The notes: generated by a model from the sequence alone, not told the origin. DNA of 64,000 bases from Amoebophrya sp. A120 (GCA_905178155.1 CAJINV010000002.1:62001-126000), one strand, 5' to 3'. Shown: positions 36,855 through 49,364, numbered from the stretch's first letter. Made by a program: numbers and translations.

Positions 36855-37384
36855 CTTTACGTGTTTGCTCTACGAAGGATTAGTATGAAAAATTCAAAAC
36901 TACTACTTTTTACACCACCTATTGCTCTCGAAGTACTTTCTACTACTGCTGCTAGTCTATTGTTCCTGCTTCCTCTAGTCGTAAAGAAGATGGGCCTCCA
37001 TACGTTTATCAACTTCTCTGGCTATTGCTTCTGTGTTTGGACTTGCTGTTTGCTGAAACGCGCAAGAATGGTAGTGCATCTACTGGCTTTGACACGAGAG
37101 TTTGAATTTCTCTCAGAAAAATCGGCGTCAAGAACTCTCGTCTCTGTTTTCGCTCTAGTCGCCCAAGAGCACGAACAACGTTTACAAGCTGGAAAAAGCT
37201 GCATCACGATAGGCGTAGTCCCGGTCTAGCGATATCGATGAGTTTATTTTGTGTGGTTCATCTTCTAGCTGCAAGGACTACACATTAACACGACAAATAA
37301 CGCCACGAATAAACGGGTCCGATACCAAGCATGGCTGCTTCTTCACTCACAATTTTGGGCACGGTGGATGAAAACCGCTTTCTG

Positions 37385-37865
37385 ATCTATGATGCAATTT
37401 TTGCAAGAAGAAGCTTCGGGCAGAAAAATTCGCTCTGGTGCACGCCCGGAAACCGATTTTTAGGTCGGGAGCAGAAGTTTGTCATGCTTCTGCCCGAAGA
37501 CCTCCCTCCCGCCCAAAAAACCGGTTTCGGAGCAGACCCAAAAACCGTTTTTCTGACCGGGTAGAGAAATCTGTNNNNNNNNNNNNNNNNNNNNNNNNNN
37601 NNNNNNNNNNNNNNNNNNNNNNNNNNNNNNNNNNNNNNNNNNNNNNNNNNNNNNNNNNNNNNNNNNNNNNNNNNCATGCTTCTGCCCGAAGACCTCCCTC
37701 CGGCCCAAAAAACCGGTTTCCGAGCAGACCCAAAAACGGTTTTTCTGACCGGGTAGAGAAATCTGTGATGCAATTTTTGCAACGCGAAACAGCGGCCAGA
37801 AAAACGGTTTTTGTGAGATTGGGCGGAGAAGTTTGTCATGCTTCTGCCCGAGCAACCTCCTCCTG
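37385..37865. repeat. Tandem repeat (~160-190 bp period) spanning an assembly gap
   Basis: CATGCTTCTGCCCGA at ~37483, 37675 and ~37837; GATGCAATTTTTGCAA at 37391 and 37767; N gap at 37575-37674. Confidence 0.8.
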
Positions 37866-39109
37866 GCTGAAAACCTGCTCCTTGCTCCCAAGCTTCAAAT
37901 GCTACACGAATTCGACGCCAACACTTTGTTCCGAGTTTTGGTTCTGCATGGTAGACAGAGGAACGCAGGTTTCCGACGCTACACACGGACTGCCTCTACG
38001 CTAAATTCTATCGTCAGTCGTGCTTTAAACGGAAACGGCCGAAAGGCTTCAGCAACCCAACCGAACGTCCTGACACAAAATGAACCGAAGACAAACCGAG
38101 GTACCACCGTGCCACATTTCCATCTACTTGAAGTTCAACATCGTGAGACAGTTTGGCAGCGGCCATATCCTCATCATGTCAGCCAAGCAACAGAACGCAA
38201 CAACGAAATCTCTCTGGCTTTGCTCGACGAGTAGCGTATGCATATTCTGCTACTTGTTACTAGCGCCACCTGTGACGATCCGCACCGAAAACAGATCGAG
38301 GCTCCAAATGTGAACCTACTACATCAACTTCCAATATTCAGAATTAAAAACGAGAGTCGACGGTCTTCCTGCTTGTTTGGCGCACTGATTCAGATTTTGT
38401 CTTCAAGGAGCTGCTGCCTTCATTTTCATAGATTTTCAGCATTAAGTGGTTGCTGGGGCTCACCTAGCAATAACTCTGAGAATAGAAGAAGAGTATTACG
38501 ATCTAAACCTCGATATTCCGCCTTCAAGATGGTTTATTCGAATAACGGTTCTCTGCAGCTGGTGTTGCGTGTCCACAACGTTCGAGTTCTCTTTACTCCG
38601 TCCTGGCATATTTGGTAGAAAGGCAAAGTGGCTGTGGTATAGCTGTTTGGTTCTTGACGAGTCGGCAGCACTAAGTGTCCGGCTCAGTTGTTGTACTTAT
38701 CACTCCGTATTTATCGTTACGAAAATGTAGTCCTAGCCTCCGTCGTGCGGCCGGCTATTTCATTTTTCTCTATCAAAGGAGGCGAGATTGACCGTCCTTG
38801 TACTTCTCCCTGTAGTTTTTAGATTCGAAGATGATCCAATCGAGAAAAAGCAGCTTGCTGCTTCTGAGGGGGTAACACCGCGGCGAGACATGCGGTTGGG
38901 GTAGGTCATTTGTTTCTCGGTGTTCCTCTTCGTCTGCAAGGGGTGGATGTGCGTTTTGCTGCGATGGGCTGTGATGGGGTGGTCGTCAGAGGTTGTGGTG
39001 CTGAAGCACACGGCTCGCTCGCGACGTAGTTGCTCCGTTTTTCCGGTTCTGAATGACTACGTAGACCAAAGAAGAATTCATTTTTCTGATCGTGAAATTC
39101 CTGGCTGCA

Positions 39110-42100
39110 TTACTGTTTCGCAGCGCCACCAGCGCGCTTCGGGTACACTTTGTCCGTATCGGGAGGAACAAAAATCCCGGCTCCCCGTACTCGAAATACA
39201 GTTGCATGACATCACTTGCACAGCTGCGTACTTAATGCTCTATCGCTTGTGAAGTATCCAGCATGACAGATCGGGTGTACTTATGATATATTTCCGGCAA
39301 CGGGAGGGGATCACTCGTCTCTTGGATATATCACCTGGTTCTTCAGCTTGTAGAACTTGTAGTGCGGGTGTTCATGGTCCACGTTTAAAATTTTTTCGTA
39401 ATCTTCTTGCGTCTTCGGGTACTTCTTCAGGTCCTTGTCCGGTATGTTGTCCTCTTTCCTGCGGAGAAAGTTCTTGATGCCCACGATGTTGTCCTCGTAG
39501 CCGTCGTATCAAATGCAAATACGTCTGCGTCCAGAACCCGGTTTGAAAGATTGCGAGATTTATTCTACTCATGTTTGTCTGAGAAGAGACAGAGAGCGAA
39601 GTCTGTCATGCTGGTTGCACTACAGCCACAGCGCAATCTATCCGTCACCCAAAGACGTGACTTGTCAAGTGGCAATTTATGCTAGAAGCCGTAATCACGC
39701 AGCAACGCCTTGTCAACATAGGTGGGTTCTTTGTAGCGCATCATCCACGCTCTAGCATGATCACAGTTTTGTTCCAGACCCAGACAGATTTGCAACTCGT
39801 ACGTTCTTGCGGGGGTCGAACAAATCGTCCAGCTGCTGCTTGTTCCAAGCCGTGTTCGCGCTCACTTAAGTATCCTGACTAAAAACCTTCTCACCCCATA
39901 TTCAAGAGGACGCGGAATTCACTACGCAAACTCTCAGAGGCGGTGGTTGGAATTCACGTATCATGACGAAAGTTGTTCCAATAGGTAGCAGCTTGGCTAG
40001 TGCAGCGCATGGACTTATGCAGCTGATTACAGCATGACAACTCTTCAAATCCGTGCGTCACAGAAGTAGATTTGCGTGACACTAAAGATGGGGTGGGTAG
40101 TACGTTTTTACACAGCATATTCATTTTTCCCAGCCCTCGTTCCTATGGTTTTGAAGATAATCGCATCGTTCTCTGTCGTCCTGTCCTCCTCGGCTTTTTC
40201 TCGAGTGTACCTGTGCAGCAAGGCCCAGAGAGAAACCGCTTTGTCGTTTTTGGTGTAGAAGTTTCCCGGCGTACGACCGACGACAGCGCCACCTGCTCGC
40301 ACCGGAGGATTCGCCTTGGCTTGATGCGGAACGGCCGGGACATATCCTGTCCAAAAACGTCCCAACCCCATAGCCAACTTGGGAAATCTGCGACACAAAT
40401 CAACACACGGTAGCTGTTGCGCATGACAAGTTTGCCTTCACAATTTACTCCCCTTTGGCTAGTGCAGCAGCATCACATCAAATCTAATTTGTGATTATTG
40501 ATTTTTTGAGCATCACAAATTTCCAAACAGCACTACAAAATGCGTCTCGTGGGGCTCCGAATGAGAGACTTTTCAACAGCATGCAGATTTGCATGACAGC
40601 TGTGGGGTCGGGGCGTTTTTACACAAGATAGGGCAGGTGGAGCGGCTTTTTGAGCGGCTGCTTTTGGAACAGCGGCTGCGTTTGGAACAACGGCTTCCTC
40701 TGGGGCGGCTTTATTCCCTTTCGAAGCGACAGGTCCGGTCGATTGAGGCTTCGGCACAGCAACTCCAGTGCCTTTTGTTCCTTTCTTCCCGCCGTTGTCC
40801 TCGCCTTTATCATTATTTCCACTTCCGGGTCCTTTTCCCTTGGTATGGTTCTGTTCCGCGGCTTGATGCGGTGCTGCTTTTGTGTGGATGCCCGTGGCTG
40901 ATTCGCCTTTGCTCACATTTCCGCCGCCCTTTTGCGCTCCCCCGTTGTTCAAGCCGTACTTGGCATTATTTTGCGACACCACTCCTACAGCGGGATCACG
41001 ATTTTTCCCACCTTTGCTCACAGGAGGCCCGCTGCCTTTCAATCCGTCCTTGTAGCTAACCAAGCCGCCCTTGATGTGCTGCGGCGCCGCTGGTGGTGGT
41101 ACTGCAGGCTTCCCATCTTCTTTGGTACCACTCCCGCCGGCATTCAATCCGTTCGTGTCACCTAGTACCGAGCTGCCCTTGTGTAGTTGGGGTGCTGCGA
41201 GCACAACTGGATGGTTTTGAGGAGTTCCATCTTTGGTCCCACCGACTTGTTGGACTAACCCCTTCTTGTAGTTCACCAAATCGCCCTTGTGAAGATGTTG
41301 CGGTGCCGCTAGAAGTGGCACTTCTGCATGATTTTCGTGTTTGCTCCAACTCGCGGCGTTGTTTTTGTGTCCGCCATAATTGCCTTTTTCCGTTCCGCCG
41401 AGCACAACTGCATGATGTCCACCTTTACTCAACTGGAAAAATTCGCCGTTTTTGTTCCCGCCATTGTTACTTTTGCCGTGTGGCGGCTCGTCCGCTCCCT
41501 GTGGTAGTACTGCATTCCTCGTGAAACCGCCTACAACCAGAGTTGGGTCGCCATGTTGATGTGGGTCGCCATGTTGATGTGGGTCGCCATGTTGATGTTG
41601 CAGTACTGTGCCGCTCCGAAACATCCCTCCGAAGGGAAGCCCAACTTGAGGCACTTGTAGTTGCAGTTCCCAAGGAGGACGAGAAGCGCCGCCGGACTGC
41701 GATTTGTTCGTTGCTGTACCGAGCTGAAGAAGAGCTGCGGATGGCGGCGGACCACCCCTAGACTTCTGCACCGGAGGGCCAGACGTGGAAGCAGTTGGGC
41801 GGGGAACAAGAACATCGTCATCCAGTGGGGATCGCTTGTCAATCGTGCCTGATAGTAGAAGACGCTAGAATAAAAGCAACAACTTCACGCTTCGTCAATG
41901 CTGTGCAAAGAAAAATATATAAAACAAGACCATGACCATGCTGTGATCCATCATGTTCATGACAATCAAACCTCACCTCCAAAACCGCAAAACAAAAAAT
42001 TTCACCCGGTAAAAAAATCAAAAGAAATACGTTTGTTCGACGAAGATGATTGCGCGTGGCTGCCGGTGCTGTTGTAGAATGCCATGGGGGGCTGCTTTGC

Positions 42101-45100
42101 TGGAGGCGGCAGATTATTTGCTGGTTCTGCGATTCCACGGTCCAATATCGCAGGAAAACAAAAAGCTGTTTTGGTGTGAGCTGCCAGGTTTATTGTTCAT
42201 GTAGCTGCACGACCGCGGGTTCGCTCCAGCACATCGCGAAGCAAATAATTTGCAGAGCTGCGAACTTAGAAATTATCATCACAAAGAAATGAGAGAAACA
42301 GGGGGCAAAAACAAACGCCTCTCAGCTTTCAATTTCATGCGTACAAGGTATAGCGAGCTCCTTCCTGTTGCATCCTGAGCATCAATGCAGCTCCTATCCG
42401 CCAAAACAGTTTTTGGTGTGGATATTGGATCCTCTCGCGATCGCCTGCTGGTGGTGCGATGGGACCGAAATCCGGTTCTCGAGCGATCGAGCTGCTGCAT
42501 TGAAATCGTAACTCCGGGTATGCATTGGAAATACGTCTGGGTCTGGAAAGTTGTGATGCTGATGTCCGAATCGTGGTACGCAACCTGTATTAAGGAGCCG
42601 CGCATGACAAGTTTCTGGACCGCATGACAAATGGCCTTTTTGCATGCCAAACAAATGGCACTGTAGCGAACCAAGGAGCATGACAGATTTTTTTGTCTTG
42701 TCGGCCAAGCATGAGAGACTTCCTTGCATTCTTCGAGACCCAGACATGTTTGCAGTGGATACCGGAACAACTTGAGCAACTGTGTGGCAAATTGGAAATC
42801 CGGCTGGCCGCTGCACAACCTCCTGAACGCCGCCAGTGGCTGCTCGGGCGTTTCTATGCATGGCAAATACGTGGTCGTGGCCTGGGTCTGGGAAGACGTG
42901 ACGCTTGTGCGCGGATGACAAGCAACCTCCGCAGCTACGGCGCAACGCATGACAAGTTCCTGAGCGACAACGACGTCTAGTTGTAGCGGAAACCGTGTGA
43001 AGGTGAGAAAAAGAAAATGAATTTCATTTATCTGAATGACAAACAAATGGTAAGTGTGGTGCTGTGGTGCACAACTCATGACAGACTGCATCCTTCCAGA
43101 CCACCTGAAAAACATATTTGCTAGGCATAACTTCTCCCATACTGGCAGCAATTTCGTGTAAGTCGAGCATCAACATGTGAAGGTTAGCCTTAGCGCCGCT
43201 GATCAGTTCGGTCTCGCGCTGCAGGGCAAGGAGGGAGTTGGCCCGCCGCGGGTTCGTGTTTGTCCGTACTTGATCTTGCCTCTGTTGCGGCCGGCTGTTG
43301 ACGTTTAGCATGTTCGCTTGCTGCAGCTGTTCTCCGGAAGGGTGGTGTTTGTATGGGAAAGAAAAGGGGGAACATGTTGCATCCTCTGGTCCCATAGTCA
43401 AGTTGTTAATAGATGTGCTCTGCGAGGATGCATGATTTTACTACAAGATATGCTCTGAAATTTCCACGCCGATACAGCTCTCGCTTTCGCACTCATTTGC
43501 AACACAAATTTGAATTCTCTTTAGCAAATCTGGCATCACAATGTGATCTTCACATCACATCTTCCATTGAGTATGGGAGGGGAGCTTTGGTTTCGTTTCT
43601 CTGATAGCTGGTGGCGGCCCGCCTCGGAAAGAGCCGTCCGGGTAGTTTGACTGATGGTTCCTCCGGTGGTGGGGTCAAAAGAGGAAGAAGACGATGAAAC
43701 TTCACCAAGCATTGCTTGTCTCCTCGACCCGGCTTCTACTTCACCATAATCGCACAGAAAAAAGAACAGTTGTATCAATCTGACCGCCTTCTTTTTGCGA
43801 TGCAAAATCATAAAGTCCTGGTGCTGGCGGGTTCAATATGGCCCGCTTTCTCATTCGATGCGGAACATGCAAAACACTAAAAGTAGTGTTTCTTTTCAGA
43901 CAATCTATTATTTGCTGTGCAGAGCAGGTGGAGGTAATTTTTGCATAGCAAATCTGTGGTACAACTACCAAGATTTTTCTGCGTACTGCTCTACGCTCGG
44001 CGTCGCTCGGGGTGGCGGTGCTTTCCCCGCTCGCTGCGCAGGAATGAAGGGAGGCACTTCGGATGCGGCCTTGGACGTTGTGAAGGGAGGCGCTCGACGA
44101 CCGTTGATTTCCTGTTGCTGTGACGAGGGGAGAAGTGGATGCCCGAGCGCGTCCAATTGCGAGGCCTGCTGTTGTTGGGCAGGAGCCGCAGGGGCCGCAG
44201 TGGTAGTAGTGCCGCCGCCGGTCGACGCGCGCCGGGCCGGACTTCCGCAGGCACGATCCTGGGCTGCTTGTTTCCTTTTTTTGAGGTATTCCTCAGATTT
44301 CTCCATGTGAAGCTGGACTTTTGCCGCCTTTTATGAGAGTGCACAACTCCCCCTCGTCCCCCTCATTTGTGTATCATGAACAGCACACGTGTATGCTGTG
44401 CATGACAGGCTTTTGCACGAATTGTAGTTCTATTTGGGCTTCCGCTTCCAGAATGTGTCATGCAAACAGTGCTACGAGGCAGCATCACAGCTGGATTTTT
44501 TTTGATTTTGCATGACAAATGAGGCGGAGGGGGAGTTGTGCGCTGTAATACCTCAGAGTCGAACATAAGTTGCTGCAACAGCTGCTGTATGCATTGCAAA
44601 TATGCAGTCTGGGTCTGGAAGTTTGTCATGCACGATTGCACATAAGCATGATCCGCGCCGCTTTTGTTTGTACTGCATGCTCTAGCATCAGCATCACACC
44701 TTTCGCACAGGCTTGCTCATGCCTATCCCACATCAGAAATGCGTTCTCGGGTGGCAAAAATCCAAGCACCTTTTCCTGCTCATGCAATACAAGTTTTTGG
44801 AGCATAGAGAGTTTAAGCATCACAACTCCCATTCTTTCCAGACACAAGGACATATCTGCAATGCATATTCTCCTCCAGCGAGGCTGCATCTGCGTTCACT
44901 ACTCTCCCTACCCCGAAGTCGAAAAGCACCAGCTCGTGGACGCTGTCTTGCGAAGTTGTTGTATCCGCCTGTTGTATAATATCCTGTGAAAGAACTACAG
45001 TATCGTACTCGCTGTATTAATCGCAATAGAATACTGCATGACAGATCTTCTACGTGTGTACAATATTCAGCATTACAAACTCCATTTTGGATGCTAGGAA

Positions 45101-47423
45101 ATATTGTCTATGCAATTTCTGTTAGTACGATACTGTTACTTTCTTTTGCAGTGCATACTGCGAAATAACTCGTCGCAGGCCGATGTTCCGAAAAAAAACG
45201 TCCTCGTGCACGAAGTCGACTTCGGAGTACAACTCCGGTATCCTCTGTAAGAACGTCCCCACGACCCCCGAGTCGAGACGGGGGGAACTCTGCCATACAA
45301 GTCCGGCAGTGTAGTTGGGAGTCACGCATGACAAGCTTCTCGCTGTACTGTAGTGCAGGTTAGAAAGGACAGCCGCATGAAGAAGCCATCTCCCTATCCT
45401 GTTTGCGGCATTACAATAAAGGCCAGAACACAATTAGAAATGCCTCTCTTGGCTTCTACGCACGCGCATTACAAGCGTTCCTGTGTTGAGTGCAGATCTG
45501 CATTACAGCTCTGGGGTGGGGACGTTTTTACACGGGATATCCGGTAGTGCTTCTTCTGCCAGCCACTTCCTGACCTTTGCTGGCTTTACCAAGCCGAGGA
45601 TCTGGGCGCCGCACGCCTCCAGCCTCTCCATTGAAATCACAGCGAAGCAGCCGAAGTTCTCGGAAAAATCAGAGATGGCGACGTCCCGCGGAAAATTTTT
45701 GCTCCCCAGTGCGGCGGCCTTCTGCGTGACGACTAGTTCTTGCGCACCGCAGGGCGGCAGCGGACAGGGAGTGTTCTTTTTGACGTAGCGCTCCGCGGCG
45801 TTTCGCATTGCAGCACGGATTTCTGGCAAAGTCTGTGCGGTTTGCATTATCACAATGAAAAATCCCCCCTCCCCATACCAAAACGCAGATCTGTGTAGCA
45901 GGATTTGGGCGGCCCACAAATCATGTTGTCATGCTAGAACAAGGTAGTCCTCGCAGCTGGCGACGTGGGAAGGCCTTGCATCTTCAGTCGATGTTGACAG
46001 GAGGCAATTGGAAGTGGGAAACAGCATGAGAAAGTGCCTGCAATCAAGGCCGCAACTACGTCTCTTGGCCTTCTAGCAACACAAGCCGATTCCGATTTGT
46101 GTACGCAAATCCAATTGCATCACAAATTTCCACCTTTCCGAGTATATGGGGAGGGGGGATTTTTCTTCACAATATCCATCGCCGCCCGCGCCTCGTCGTC
46201 ACCCGGGAAATGCCAGGAGAAGTTGTCTGCTTTATGGTCAGGAAAAATTCCCCCTCCCCTCATGCACCAGCAGGAAATTTGTCATGCTATTTCAGGCAAG
46301 AGAGCAACAGTTGTTGGCTCGCATCGTGCTGAACAAAGCACAATGCGAAAGCCCCTTTGACGTTACAGCTTGGTCGCTGGTGAAGATCTTCACGAGCAAA
46401 AACTTTGCAAGAGGGTGGCGCTGTCTTTCTTGTCGTGTTGTATCTGGGGGGGGCTTCGTGTTTCACTTTGATACGCCTGCACTTCGGGCGGTGGCAGGCG
46501 AAAACTGTCTTTCCCCGTCGCAGGATCCGGGCCGACCTTGGCCGGCTTCGCCAACCACGTGACCTCGCCCTGTCCCACGTGGCTGGCGAAACCGGCCGCG
46601 AAGAGGTACTTCTCCGCCCGGTATCCACTGCAAACATGGGTCTGTCTGGGTCTGGAAACTTGTGTTGCTGACATTTGCATTACAGACTGCCTCATGCTGT
46701 GATGCCGTACAGGCAGCCTGCCTGTACGGCATTACAGCATGAGATGAAGTTATTTCCCTCAGCTTCCTGCGGATTCCTACTTCGTATTTAGCATTACAAA
46801 CTGCCATCCAGCAGCACGATAAAAAAAGAAAAACTGGCCAAGAATCGTACTCATGCATTACAGATTCAGATCTTGATGTCCTCATTTAACTACAACTGCT
46901 CGTCCCGCATCACAAATTATCCAGAGGACCCAGACATACTCATTTATTTGCAAGGCATACCCGTCCACTTTCCACATCATAAAACACCACGCGCGAGGGT
47001 GTGTTCAGCTTGTCGACTATTTCCCATTCTCCAATATGGATTGCAAAAATGTCTGGGTCTGGAAGATGGTCAGTTTTGTCATGCAGGTTTTCCATGGCCC
47101 ATGAGGTCTGGTATGTAGGACATAGCATGACAGATTCTGCGAGACCTTTCCAATGCCTATCCTGCATGAGAAACTGCCTCTCGATTAGGTCAAAAGTGCA
47201 CAACTTTATTTGGCAATCACGCAACACAGTATTTTGCCTGATTCAGATTTAGCATGACAAGTTCCATCCTGCTCCCAGACGCAGACATTTCTACATTTGA
47301 TATCCAAGGTATTGCGACGTCGTCCCCGGTTCTTCCCGGAGGGTCCGTTCCTTCCTGAACGGGTAGGTCGCGGGAGTGACGTGGAACCCGATCCGCTCGG
47401 GCGGTCTCTCTGGCTCCTGCGTA
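39110..47423 (-). CDS. Multi-exon atypical (RIO/Bud32/ELK-like) protein kinase with long G/N/K-rich tail and possible C-terminal SURP-like domain; 5' end not resolved
   Basis: Removing 17 TIR elements (each +5 nt) and one GT-AG intron (41849-42030) gives one open frame to TAA at 39110-39112. Motifs assembled across junctions: AEKYLFAAGFASHVGQGEVTWLAKP (subdomains I/II), AVISMERLE (V), LYSEVDFVHEDVFFRNIGL (catalytic loop), LVLFDFGVGR (DFG). Includes listed ORFs 45503-45919, 43965-44306, 43024-43401, 40533-41771 and 40108-40398. Confidence 0.8.
39157..39328. mobile_element. TIR introner, degenerate
   Basis: TATCGGGAGGAACAAAAATCCC...GGGGATCACTCGTCTCTTGGATA; +5 removal leads to a terminal exon. 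Confidence 0.5.
39507..39801. mobile_element. TIR introner, family A
   Basis: DR CGTCG/CGTTC; in-frame removal. Confidence 0.85.
39871..40119. mobile_element. TIR introner, family B
   Basis: DR TTAAG/TTCAT; in-frame removal. Confidence 0.8.
40343..40630. mobile_element. TIR introner, family B
   Basis: DR GGACA/GGGCA; joins ORFs 40533-41771 and 40108-40398. Confidence 0.88.
41544..41598 (-). repeat. 18-bp coding tandem repeat (HQHGDP x3)
   Basis: TGGGTCGCCATGTTGATG repeated three times. Confidence 0.9.
42146..42424. mobile_element. TIR introner, degenerate
   Basis: TATCGCAGGAAAACAAAAAGC...GTTTTTGGTGTGGATA; in-frame removal. Confidence 0.55.
42519..42761. mobile_element. TIR introner, family A
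   Basis: DR CCGGG/CCGGA; in-frame removal. Confidence 0.9.
42855..43129. mobile_element. TIR introner, family A
   Basis: DR GTTTC/ACTTC; in-frame removal. Confidence 0.82.
43352..43606. mobile_element. TIR introner, degenerate
   Basis: TATGGGAAAGAAA...TTTCTCTGATA; DR GTTTG/GCTGG; in frame. Confidence 0.6.
43748..43985. mobile_element. TIR introner, degenerate
   Basis: AATCGCACAGAAA...TTTTTCTGCGTA; +5 removal joins SVEQ|EVEAG. Confidence 0.5.
44332..44550. mobile_element. TIR introner, family D-like
   Basis: TATGAGAGTGCACAACTCCCCCTC...GAGGGGGAGTTGTGCGCTGTAATA; DR CCTTT/CCTCA. Confidence 0.8.
44588..44867. mobile_element. TIR introner, family A
   Basis: TATGCATTGCAAATATG...CATATCTGCAATGCATA; DR TGCTG/TTCTC. 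Confidence 0.87.
44980..45157. mobile_element. TIR introner, family C
   Basis: TATCCTGTGAAAG..CAGTATCGTACT...AGTACGATACTG..TTTTGCAGTGCATA; lies between the kinase catalytic loop and DFG. Confidence 0.8.
45239..45539. mobile_element. TIR introner, family B
   Basis: Perfect DR TCCGG; joins EALP|ELYSEVDFVHED. Confidence 0.92.
45848..46174. mobile_element. TIR introner, family D
   Basis: DR TGCAT/TCCAT; homologue of 23567-23877. Confidence 0.9.
46233..46473. mobile_element. TIR introner, family D (degenerate)
   Basis: DR TGCTT/CGCCT; in-frame removal. Confidence 0.75.
46622..46959. mobile_element. TIR introner, family A
   Basis: DR CCCGG/CCCGT; joins ESGR|AEKYL. Confidence 0.87.
47035..47302. 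mobile_element. TIR introner, family A
   Basis: Perfect DR TCCAA; close homologue of 1041-1307. Confidence 0.93.
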
Positions 47424-49364
47424 CTATGGGGGTGTCATGCTCGAAGTAGTCGTCAAAGATGAAATTATAGTTTGTCATGCATAAAAGTAAAAGGCGACGC
47501 AAGAAGTGCCTCTGTTGCACAGGACGCAAGGGAGGCAGATTGTAGTGCTGACAAGGGTCGAGCGTTGGGCGGCTGATTAGCATGACAGAGGAGAGCCCTT
47601 TTGTCCCAAACACAATGACATACTTGCTTTAGAGGAAATTTGTCATGCGCCGACTCTAAACAGAAATGGTATCAGTTTTATGCATTACAAATTTTCTCAT
47701 CTTTGTTGATTTCGATCCTGACACCCCCATAATGCGACCCCGACATGAATTCGTTTTTCTTCTTGGTTTTCGTTTTATCTCACTTCAAATCTTCTACTTA
47801 GGTGTTGAAAATGTTGAAATCGCTTGTCTCACAAAAAAACCATACTCAGTTACTGTGATCTGCTCCTGCTATTATACACTTTTGAGTGGATGGTGCACAG
47901 ATTAAAATTTTGAAAAATTGCCAACAAGATGAAGCTACTGTACCGGATTATACGCAAAATCAACATTTTGCTGTTCGCTGAATCAATCAAGCCCTTCATG
48001 CCTACGAGTCGTCGAACAACAATAAAGTGCTCATCTTCAAATATTTCTACAAGGCTGCGGGGGGGGTAACACTCACACAGCAACTCGAAGCAACTATTTA
48101 ACATTTTCTGTAGGACCTCGCATTCGCTCGCATTCTCTCGCCCCCGTCGAATATATCATAATAGGACTCCCAAATTTGACTACAACAAAAGCAAACTCGA
48201 ATTGTACGAATTAAAACAAAAACCGACGCCTCCCGACGACACGACTGACACGTCTATTGCCCCACGGATTTATCTAAGCGCAACGTCGGAAATGTTTCTG
48301 AATTATAAATTTGGTTCGGCAAAAAATATCAACGAGAACCGACGCATCTTTTGTTTTTAGGAGAACCAAAAGAGACTGACCACGTACGACCCAACAACGA
48401 GTTCGTCCTTGCTGTGACGACCATCCTCGTTCCACGTTTGATTTTCAGAAAAACCTAGTATACAGTTGTTCATTCATCATCTGGAAGTCTTGGTGCAGCC
48501 GCTATTCTGTACAGTACGTTTCTTACGAAGCGGCAAAGCTATTTCTATTTATTCATTGCTGAACAAAAAACTGGCATTTTGTATATTACGATCGTTTGAT
48601 TAATTTTGATGCAACTAGTACGACCCCTTCGTGCGAACAGAAATTCGTGATTGAGAAAATTTGTTGTAATAGTCTGAAACAGAAAGAGAAACCGAAACTG
48701 TGAATGCGTGAAAGCGCACTAGAACGAAACATTTTGAAACGTGTGTTTGTAGAAGTGATAGGATTACTGACTCAAGCCAATATAAATCTTCGATTGCAGT
48801 TGAAATTGTACGACTCGTCTGGCGAAACCTTCGATTGATTCTTGTGCGAAAACGTTCCTGTACAAAAAATCTGACTTCGAAAGCCGACAATATTCTGTGT
48901 AGTAAGAGAAAACTGTTGCCTGCTGAAGTAAACATAAATGCTTTGTAGTACAGCGTACCTGTTTGTTTTACGCGTAGGCACTTGTTACGTACCCAAATTA
49001 ATTCCGTCTCACTGCACGTCGGCCCCTCCGCTCCCCCTACAGCTCCGAATGCGCCCGTGATGAGCGTGTTGTGGTGCAGCTCGTTGAAGATAGGTGTCGA
49101 ACTAACTGGCCCTCCATGATCAGCCATAGTGATTTTTGGTGTCGATGCAGTTCCAGGCTTTGATGTGTTTCAGCCACTTCTTCTAGCTGCTGTCCTCATC
49201 ACATCTCCGATCCAGCAAGAAGAAAACTTCAGTTGCACTGCTGCTGCTACTACTGCTCAGGATGATTGATGCAGTTCTTGCGTGGGAGTAAGTAACCGGA
49301 TCGTCCTTTCTACCAGTAGCTAGATGTCGTCAAGGAGAAGTAGTAGGAGTAGATGTTCATCATG

